A stretch of DNA of 63,937 nt, filler included, from Piptocephalis cylindrospora (lineage: Eukaryota): NCBI GenBank assembly GCA_003614145.1. It is 4 parts of 4 records of this genome, joined end to end, with 100 filler letters (N's around TTAATTAATTAA, not from the genome) between each part and the next. Parts side by side here need not be neighbours in the genome. Positions count along the whole stretch, not along the records: positions 35,221 to 52,679 come from KZ987856.1; 3 more parts are not named here. One strand, given 5' to 3'. The translations under genes and the position numbers were made by a program. The notes beneath the pieces were generated by a model. The model had not been told where the DNA came from, made no database searches, and was given only the letters and a program-made list of their open reading frames with translations. Positions 38,902-48,151 of the stretch are shown in pieces; position 1 is the first letter of the stretch, and each line of letters begins with the position of its first letter.

Positions 38902-39762
38902 CTAGTCCATCTGCGCAAATACTTCCAGCGCCTCATGTAACCTTCCAAATACACCGTTATGCCACCCCTTCAACGCTTCCCACTCCTCCCCCGGCAACGT
39001 GCCCCGACTCATGCGCAACCACCCCCCCACAATCAAATCCGCATAACTTGCCCTACTCCCCATCAGAAACGGCCCACTCGCATCCCTCCTATACAACCTC
39101 GCAAGCCCACCCAAGGTCTCTTCAAACGACCTCAACAACTTCTCCCTCTCCTCCCCACTAACCGTCAAACCCTCCCACGGCATTCCCGCCCTCCGCGAGA
39201 ACTCCGCCTTATTCTCCTCCGCAGTAGCAGGATCAAAAGGCAACCCATGCACCATCAGAGGCACATGCGCACTAAATGCAGCATCCACATTCGTATTAAA
39301 CTTCGCGTACGCTGCAATAGGCCCCTCCGCCGCCTCCGCCTCCGCAATCGGTGCGAAAAGCGCCAAGTCCCACTCAAAGACGAAATCCAGCTCCTGCGCC
39401 GGGAACAAGTCCCCCGCCCCCGAGGACGGGTATTGTTCCTGCAGGTATGTCGCGATTTCAAAGGAGTCGCCCACTATGCGCCCGGTGGCTGGGTCGGAGA
39501 GAACGGGGAGGGTGTGGTAGGGGGATCCGTCGGCGAATTTGCGCGAGGCGGGGATGTTGAAAGCGCCACGGACGGAGCTGACGGCGTGCAGGGGCACCCA
39601 GGTTGTTTTGTAGGGAGTGTTTTTGAAGTTCAGGGCGTAGCGGGTTTTCCAGGGATTTGGGGAGCAGGAGGTTTCTGGGGCGGGGGGTGCGAGGGCGATG
39701 TCGTAGAAGGTCATTAGGGCCGTGGTGGGTGATGTAGCTGAGGTCGATGTTGTGGGTGTCAT
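38902..39762 (-). CDS. Glutathione S-transferase, fungal GSTFuA/etherase-like class, intronless
   Basis: FYDIA..CSPNPWKTRYALNFK, RKFADG, TLPVL.DP.TG..VGDSFEIATYL, GPFLMG..SYADLIVGGWL, WHNGVFGRLH; TATAAG upstream near 39935. Confidence 0.9.
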   Translation of the reverse strand: MTPTTSTSATSPTTALMTFYDIALAPPAPETSCSPNPWKTRYALNFKNTPYKTTWVPLHAVSSVRGAFNIPASRKFADGSPYHTLPVLSDPATGRIVGDSFEIATYLQEQYPSSGAGDLFPAQELDFVFEWDLALFAPIAEAEAAEGPIAAYAKFNTNVDAAFSAHVPLMVHGLPFDPATAEENKAEFSRRAGMPWEGLTVSGEEREKLLRSFEETLGGLARLYRRDASGPFLMGSRASYADLIVGGWLRMSRGTLPGEEWEALKGWHNGVFGRLHEALEVFAQMD

Positions 39763-40104
39763 GGTGGAATTTGCACGAGAAATTGGAGTTGGAGGAGTTG
39801 GTGGAGAGAGGAAACAAAGGAGGAATTGGTGGAGAGAAGAGGCAAAGGAGGAGTTGGTGGTGTGATGTGCTGTGCTGTGAATCGGGTTGGAGTTTGTTTT
39901 GGGCTGTTAATTGATCCCTGGAAGAGTAGTTCTTATACCGATTCGTGTGGAGGACGATGCTGGTTGAGTCATGAAAAGTCATGCATGACGTGGGGAATGG
40001 CCCACATGCAGTATGTAACAGGGTGTGTATTACGCATAGTGACTCGACTTTTATACAGGTAAATTAGGGAAATATTGACAAATTTATGTAAATGCGGTTC
40101 AAAT

Positions 40105-40250
40105 CCAGGTCAGAATGACGACGCTCTTGACTTACTACGAGCTTGCTTCGCCAAGCAGAAAAAAATGCTGGAGTCTAACTATCCTCATACATTGGCAACT
40201 TCTGAATATTTGCTGGGATGGGCAGCTGAGAGGCTGAACATTAGTGCCAT
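40105..40250 (+). pseudogene. Remnant of the last repeat of a kinesin-light-chain-type TPR array (as in ascomycete NB-ARC/NACHT-TPR NLR genes)
   Basis: GQNDDALDLLRACFAKQKKMLESNYPHTLATSEYLLGW resembles the terminal A..LL..C...Q..VLG..HP.TL.S...L..W repeat; no upstream body is present. Confidence 0.5.
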
Positions 40251-40568
40251 AAACAAACAAGTTCTGAACAAAGTATCCAAATATCTAGTTCTAATTCGAG
40301 ATATAATTCGCTGGAAAAATCCATGATAGTAGACTTGTGTAAATGATGCAAAGTATTTGCTCTTATTTTACTGGTTTTTACTAGCAGGGACTGCGAGATC
40401 GCCAAGTTACATGCATTTCCTAATACCTAGCATCCCCCAGACCTTTCGCCCAAGATCATTTCACCTGCTCACTGAGCAGATGGATTCGCTCCCCATCCCC
40501 CCTTGGCGGTCTCTCACCGCTCCCTGCCAAAACCTCCATCCATCAACATTCAGATTTCTCTCCGCAAC

Positions 40569-41549
40569 ATGGCACCAAAACTTCCTCCCTCAAAGCTTGA
40601 AATGATTCAGGATATAATATTGAGCAAATTACTGACTATCTCGCAAATGGCCAAAGCTGCTGAATGTAGTAAGCATTCAATCATCAACATCAGCAATAGC
40701 CTTTGCCGGTTCGGAAATGTTAGAGCACCCCCAACTCGCGTCGGCTGACGACGAAGCATAACACCTTCGATGCTAAAAGCCTTGTACGATTGCCTACTCG
40801 AAAAGCCCGACTTGTACGTGGACGAGATGGCAATATTTTTATGGGACGAGTTCCGCGTCCAGGTTACAAATTCAAGTCTCAAGCGGGCTCTCGCTTCAGT
40901 AGGCTAGTCGAAGAAGGTGTCTCGACAGAGAGCAAATAAACAGGATGCTGATTTGCGAGATTATTATATGCATAATCTGTCGGACTTTCAGTCGTAGCAC
41001 TTGGTCTATGTGGATGAGTCTGGATGTGATAAGCGAATTGGGCTCAGGAGGACGGGTTGGTCTCCGTTACGCATGGCATTATTGCAGGTAGCCAACTTCC
41101 ATCGCGATTAGCGGTACCAGATACTGCCCGCATATTGTCAAAATAGAATCGTGCTCTCTCGTATATTCAAGGGCTCCACAGATGCTACAATATTTAACGA
41201 TTTCATTGATCAGCTTCTTAGGTATTGTGGAAGATGGCCCGAGTCAAAGTCCGTTTTAGTTATGGACAACGCATCTTTTCATCGCTGTGATCGTATCGAG
41301 GAAATGTGCTCTGAGACAGGAGTAAAGCTAGTGTATCTGCCACCTTACTCACCTGACTTGAATCCTATCGAGGAGTTCTTCCCAGAGCTAAAAGCATTCA
41401 TCAGACGGAACTGGGTGCGGTATGAAGAAGACCCAGAACAAGGGTTTCAAACTTTCCTCGAGTGGTGTATTGAGGCTGTTGGCTCTCGAAAGCAGAGTGC
41501 TTTAGGTCATTTTCGACATACTGGCGTGGTCATTAGGATTCGCGATTAA
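40569..41549 (+). pseudogene. Inactivated IS630/Tc1-superfamily DD34E transposase (Ant1-like fungal type)
   Basis: 327 codons in a single frame: MAPKLPPSKLEMIQDIILS (HTH), VYVDESG, VMDNASFH, LPPYSPDLNPIEE (34 residues between D and E). In-frame stops at 40746, 40905, 40995, 41109. Confidence 0.92.
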
Positions 41550-41745
41550 TTCATAGATTTTAAAGCTCTATGGCATTAAATTGTACCACAATATAGACCA
41601 TCAATTACCAAAGTTGCTCGATTCTCTGCTAGCTTACGTCTTTCTGTGCCCACCACTGAAGCTTAATGATGTATTGTAGGAGGTGCATCAAACAGAAGTG
41701 ATTCAATAATCAATACAATATCTATACCAACGCCTTCTCAAATCT

Positions 41746-43133
41746 TCAGATTGCGGCCTGGGTAGCCTCCTCAATCAGCGACACATTCCTTACACTCCTC
41801 ACCCATTTACCAATATCTCTTACGAATTGGCGTGCAATACCCACCATAATCCCTTTGTCGACAAAGAATGACGGATCTTGGTCCTCATGGATCAGTTCAG
41901 GATCTAGACCATTTGCCAACGCCACATCGCACGCTTGTCGAAATTGAGCTTTCAAATCATCGTCACTGACTTTCGCCTCATGCCATGTGCTCTATTCTCT
42001 GACAGCCACATCTCGTAGTCCAGGAATATTGAGGTCATCCATGACTCGGTCATTTGGTGGCAGAAGTATTGCTGAGACTGCGGCTGGGTTGGACACCTCT
42101 GATTGAGGGGAAGGCTACATCCCATTGAAGTTAATATTTATAGGAGGACAGCTTCCTGGGGTGCCGACCATCTTATTCTTGGATTGTTGGCTCTCCAGTC
42201 TGTGCCGCTCTTCCATATATATAATTTTTCACGAAAATTGTCCGGGACGTCTTCATGAGGCTACAAGGTGCCGCCTTTTTCCACAAAGGCGATAAGACGC
42301 TTTAAATGATGGCTCAGTCTATTGTGCTTTTTCCCGTGTGGGTTTTGCCAGCAATGTGGGCCAAGATGGCATGATGACAGACAACGCATCAGGCTATAAA
42401 CACCCCACCAAACCGATTCTTGCCCAGACGCGTTTTCTTCGGCATCCATTTGTGCACCTCGCTCGTTGAACATTCTTTGAGTAACAGATGGCCTTCCTCT
42501 TTTCTCGACCCTACCTAAGGTAGTTCTGGAAAGACGGTCGTCCTCAACATATTTGAAGGTAATACTGAGCTTCAGTTTCTTGCCTTGACAAAACAGTTCC
42601 CCCCACCTATGCAACTGTTTTTCTACGGCAGTCCAATCGATGTCGAGATGATCAAATCGCTTCATCAGGTCGCGTTGGGAGCGATCATTCACCGACACAA
42701 CGATCGAGGTGTCGTCCGACCTTACCCTTCCTTTACGGGGGGTCTTCCCTTCTAATAACTTCTTCAATTTACCCCTCAGGGTCATCGGCCAGTAAGCATT
42801 CGGAGCCAGGGCTACGTCCTCTTCTGTATCTCGTGAGATGTATTTCCTATTCACCGTGACTTTCCACTCTATCATACACTAGATGCAGCTTGCCGGAAGC
42901 TCGTCACTTGACATTCCATCGTGCCACTCGGATAGCTGGAGCAGTCTAGGACTTTCCGGTTGATGTTGGGACAGGACTTCCAGACCAGTCTCGGAGTAAT
43001 AGTCGGGTGAAGGGCTGAACCCACACCTTGACGCAGGCGTGCGACCGTAGTATCCTGGAGTGGGGGCGTATTGCGAACCTTGATCCACAGGGTCGAGGCC
43101 ATGCGGTTGAAAATTATGGTCATTGGGATACAT
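41746..43133 (-). pseudogene. Disrupted second ORF, convergent with the transposase (unknown function)
   Basis: ORF fragments 43133-42879, 42875-42261 and 41955-41746 are linked through in-frame TAGs and frameshifts: IEWKVTVN, DTEEDVALAP, MRC..CHLGPHCWQNP.GKKH, HEDVP, IPGLRDVAV, FFVDKG..VGIARQFVRDI. Confidence 0.7.
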
Positions 43134-43540
43134 ATTAGCGGTTATCGTTCCCGTTTCAAGGCTCTAACGGATCCAACGTCAGCACGATTTCGACCAGTCA
43201 GGAATCCAGCAGATGCTAGTCCCCTATTAGAAGACCAAATCTGTCATAAAAAGCAAGGAAACATAACCCACTAGTGCTGTCTCTATACAACTCGCTCGTC
43301 CACAGTGGTCATTCTAGAGGGTAAGTGGTTGACAGAACTGGGATTCGAATTCCTGCCACGTCTCCAGACGAGCAGAGCAGACACCCGTCTGTTTGGGCTG
43401 TTTGCAGGATCAACGTTCTAGAAACCCTGGAGACCATACAGGCCTAATACAGAAGTTATTTTTATACTGTTATTTACAATTGTACTGGAATACTGCCAAG
43501 AAAGGGGGGTTCAGCGACAGAGTAACTGTAATAGGTAAAG

Positions 43541-43612
43541 CGTGTTTCCAAAGAGGGTTCGAGAAAGAATCTCTATGAGTAAATGGTGAAGCTGATTTTG
43601 ATACATCCTGTA
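43541..43612 (+). repeat. Diverged direct repeat, copy B, running into a tandem 13-mer (CCTGTAACTCACT)x2
   Basis: Aligns with 38809-38881; the tandem duplication lies at about 43607-43637. Confidence 0.8.
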
Positions 43613-43958
43613 ACTCACTCCTGTAACTCACTCCTGTCCCCAAAACCCCGATATATCTCTTGAAAATTGACTCGCCGTTGCCCCGAAAATGTGGTGGGTA
43701 GGGGTGAACGAGCGATATGGCCAATGTTCTTTGAGTCAGCTCAGCTACCTGTCCGATCTTCACTTCTATTCCATTCCTGTCTCTTTTGATTAACTCTAGC
43801 CTTTGCTTCCCTTTTTTCCCCATCAGCATCTTCTTTGCTCTCTCCGCCTCATCCATCTCCATCCCTGCATCATCGTCCTTTCTTCCTCATTAGCCGGTCC
43901 TATTATCTTCACCTACCCAGTACGTCAAGATTCTCTTGACCTCTCTGTTCAGGAAACC

Positions 43959-46900
43959 ATGCTTCGAAATGCTGTGCTGGGCCTGTGCCTAGTCTCCTTG
44001 ATGTGCTTTTCCATCCTTTTGCTTCTTCTCTACCAGCATCTCCTGCGCGACGGCGAGGACCGTGAGCGCTTCTCCATGGAATGGCCCTCAACTCACTCCT
44101 TTCTTGATCATACTGTCTCCCTCCTTCCCTCCCGGGAGCAGATGATCGCACAGACCAAAGCTTTTCTCCCAGGATCGGCATCTAGTCTCTTTGGGCTCTC
44201 GGATGATCTTACACCGGACGATTCCGCTTCCCAAGCTTCCTCCTCTCCCTTTCGCCTCATTGATCTCACCACCTTTCCGGATCAATGCCCACAGCCTATC
44301 ATGGAGAAAAAGGAGAAAGGAGGCTCTAACTCAGGTACTCCGGTCATCCCCTACTTGGTCCGAGACTGTGGATTCCCTGGGGTGACTCGACAAGAATGTG
44401 TGGCTAGGCAATGCTGTTGGCTAGGGGAGGGAATTCGCATGGCACGAACCATGGAGAGTACCTTTAATGCCTCAGAAATGAGCATCCCCATTAATGCCAC
44501 CCTGATTCCCGCCCCAAAATGCTCCAGAGTCCTGAGCTCGGCCTACACCTGCACAGCAGATGGTACCTCCCGGGAGGAGTGTGGCCGCTCGGGGATTAAC
44601 CAGGAGGAGTGCGAGGCTCAATCCTGCTGCTGGGATCCAGTAGTGCCTGCGGCATCAATCTGGGCCAACGTTACCACCCATCCCACTTCCCCTTCGTGCT
44701 TTCGACGCCGTAGGGTCTGCGGAGAATATCGCGTATCACAAGAGGTAGAGAAGCCTCATGGCCGTGGGATTATCCTTACCTTACGTGCCCTATCCCCAGC
44801 CTGTGCGGCCTATGGAGAGGATGCTGCTCTACTTTATGTTCATGTTCATTATCTTGGCCGTACTCGAGTTCGCATCCACATCACTGAAGATAAAGAAGAT
44901 GAGGGGATAGATTCCGAGGCTCCCTTTCCCCTTTATCCGGGTTTGGACTCCTCTCATTCTTCCCCATTCCTCCCTCGCATCCTGGACTATAATTTTACCT
45001 ACACCCAACAACCTTTCACCTTTGCCTTAAGCCGAGTCAATACGCAGGTAGTCATCTTCAACTCCTCCCTCTCGGGATCTGCTGGTCTGCGGTTTTCCCA
45101 GACCTATCGAGAACTCTCCACTTCCCTTCCTGAACCCAATTTCCTCTTTGGTCTCGGTGAACGGGAGGGCCCATTACGCATCAACACTTCCCATACTCAA
45201 TACTTTCCCATGTGGTCTCGGGAGCATGAGGGAGGAGTACACCCTATTTATTTGGATCTGCGTGGGTATAATCATGAGGCTCATGGAGTCACCTTCTTGG
45301 GGACTCACCCATCGGAGATCCAAATAGCTCCTGGAATTCTTACCCACCGGGTGATTGGAGGTGACTTGGATCTTCTCTTTTGTCTGGGCCCTACTCCAAC
45401 CGATGTCATGGATCAACTGACCCGAAGTATCGGGAGACCCTTCCTTCCACCTTACTGGTCCTTGGGATGGCACCAGGCGTACACGGGTACAGAATCTTCC
45501 ACTAGTGCTATCCGTGCGCTAGTAGGAAAGTATGAGGAGTACCAGCTTCCCTTGGAGGCCCTGTGGATGGGCGCTGATTTTCTCCAAGATCTCAAGGTGG
45601 GCGCTCCCCGATCCCGATCTGGCCCATCCGGCGATTCTCACCAAGTGGGTCTTCCGCAGATGCGAGCCCTTGCCCATGTCTTTGGTCAGCGGTCCCTGAG
45701 GATTGTTACCTCCTTGGATCCTCTCGTCCCCCACCGACCCCAAGAGCGGGTATGGAAAGATGGAGTAAGGGATGGGGCATTCCTACAGGATAGCCAGGGT
45801 AAGCCTGTTGTGCTCATTCAAGCCATCCAGGATGAGGGGGATGAAAGGGAGAGTCGCGTGGCTATCCCCGACTGGTCCTCTCCCGGGATCGTGGGATGGT
45901 GGAGAAAGTTTACCACAGAACGCACCATGGATCTACCCGTCGATGGTAAGTGGCGCCCTGTCCTAGTGCGATAGAGCTTTTGAGGTAATTCACTTTGAAT
46001 GCTAACTATGGTTTGGATATTTTCCCGATATAGGTTGGCACCTTCAAGGAAATGAGCCAGCCTTAAGGTGTGAAGGGGCATGTTCAATTGATCAGTCCAT
46101 GTCTTTCCCGGATGAGCCCGAAAATGCAAAGCATGATGTAACCAAGAGAGGTTCTAAGGACGCTCAGAAGGAAAGTGAGAATTTGAAGAGCATCAAAAAC
46201 GAGACGGTTGGTCAGGAGGAAGTGCTTAGAAAGGAAGTGGAAGGTAGCAAGATGGAGAAGGAAACTGAAGCTGAAGCTAAAACTGAACCAGTTGAGGATA
46301 GTACACTTAAAAAGGCAGTGGAAGATACAAAGATAGAGGAATCTGGAGCTGAAAGAGATAATACTCTGGGAGAGGATGATGCTCTTCGAAGGAATGCGGA
46401 GGACCAAAAGGAAAAGAAGGATGAAAAGGTTGACCCTGTCTTTTCAATTAGGCTTGAAGAAAGAACCATGAATTATGGGGGAGGATTAGCATCACACACC
46501 ATTCCATTGCACATCAAGGATTCAACTGGACGGCTACATCAAGCTAGTAAGTGATAAGACAAGGTTCTTGTTGCCTTCCGATACAAACTCATATTCCCCT
46601 CCCCTAATCCTAACCCTAACCCTAGTCCACAATGTATATGGACATGAGAGCACCCGAATTATGAGGAAAGTAAGTTTGAATCGTGAGGGGGATAAGCGGC
46701 CCCTGGTCCTTTCCAAGTCAACGTTCATCGGTACCGGTAAGTTGTGAGATAGGGTTTTTTCTATGTCTGTATTACCGTCCCACTCATCCATATGCCCCAT
46801 GGATTGAAACAGGTCAATACGCTGGGCACATCCTCGAATCCAGAGGCCTTTCTTGGCGCTCCATGGCCTTGAGCATCCCGGCCATATTGCGTTTTCAGCT

Positions 46901-47928
46901 ATATGGCATCCCCTTTGTCGGGATGGACATTTGTGGTATGTCACTCTTGCTTCTTTTAAAGACCAAACACGTTCTCATTTCTCCCTTCCCTTATAGCATC
47001 CATTGAGATGGAGGATGAGCTATGCAGGCGCTGGTACCAGTTGGGTGCGTTGTATCCCCTGGCAAGGAACCATCACTTCCCTTCACCTTTCCCAAGTCCC
47101 GATTACTGGCCTCAACCGACGGATATTGCTAAGAAGTTTATTCGACTTCGATATCGGCTCCTTCCCTATCTCTATACCCTTTTCCATGGAGCCCACCTTA
47201 CTGGGAATCCTGTGTGGAGGCCTTTGTGGTATGAATTCCCTCGGGATGTGGAGAAATCTGCGGAGATCGAGGGTCAATTCCTCCTTGGGCCCTCTATCCT
47301 TGTGACGCCCATTCTCAGCCCAGGCATCACGCTTACCCAAGGCTACTTCCCCCCCGGAGTATGGTATGGTCTGGAAGATGGCTTGAGGATCCAGTCTCAC
47401 GGAGAAGTTCGAGTATTGGGCGTCCGAGCTGATAGTATCCCATTGCATATCCGGGGTGGGTCTGTCCTTGTAACCCAGGAAGCCGAAGGGGAGACTTCCT
47501 TTACCACTACAGCCGCGGCCCGAAAGCTGGATTACCAGCTGCTTATTGGCCTTGATGATCGAGGAATGGCCCAAGGTAGGCTATATTTAGATGACGGAGA
47601 GACCCCCTGGACGGATCCTGAAGAAAACGGTCGACAGTACGGGGATATGAAATTTGTGGTAATGGACAGTCAGGTCCTTTCCTTGATGGGCCGTTGGGTC
47701 GGAGGTTGGATGGCCCAAGGCCGCCTGACCTCCGTGACTATCTTTGGCGGAGGGGAGGAGGGGAGTTGGGGTGGGGAGACAGGCCTAGGAGATGGGAGGA
47801 TCCGCCGAGTCATTCTCAATGGCCTACCTCTGACCGAAGCTAATGTTCAAGTAGAACCTGGAGTGGTACGGTTGACCAAACTGCGCGTCTCCCTCAATAG
47901 CCCCTTTACCATGACCTGGAGTGGGTAG
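43959..47928 (+). CDS. GH31 alpha-glucosidase-like protein with N-terminal TM anchor and two trefoil (P-type) domains; catalytic residues missing
   Basis: DCGFPGVTRQECVARQCCW, ECGRSGINQEECEAQSCCW, FGLGER, IGGDLDL, IGRPFLPPYWSLGWHQ, HNVYG, GIPFVGMDIC, ELCRRWYQLGALYPLARNH, RYRLLPYLYTLF, GRLYLDDGET; five exons join in frame. Confidence 0.92.
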
Positions 47929-48151
47929 AGACAAGGGGGAGTAGAGTAAAAAAAATTGGGATATACTAATAGTATTAAGTCTTATCAATAATTAAACGTA
48001 ATGGATTGTGTATGTTGAGAAAATGGAAAATTAAACAAAACCAATGATTGGATGGATGATGATTTATTATTAAGACGGAATAAAGCACAAGCACACACAC
48101 ACACACACAAATATGAATAGATAGCCTTAGAGACGGAAAGCTCCCCCTACC

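Noticed and set aside
38959..39717. 252-aa plus-strand ORF opposite the GST, and similar long antisense ORFs over PMC1, MIC60, DUF726, RPL23 and RTS1
   Set aside because: Shadow frames produced by codon bias of the real genes; no motifs.
40040..43625. Candidate TIRs (TACAGG ... CCTGTA) for the DD34E element
   Set aside because: The match does not extend beyond 6 bp; element ends remain undefined.
46600..46625. Telomere-like CCCTAA repeats
   Set aside because: Only 3-4 imperfect units inside a GH31 intron, where CTAAC serves as branch point; not at a contig end.
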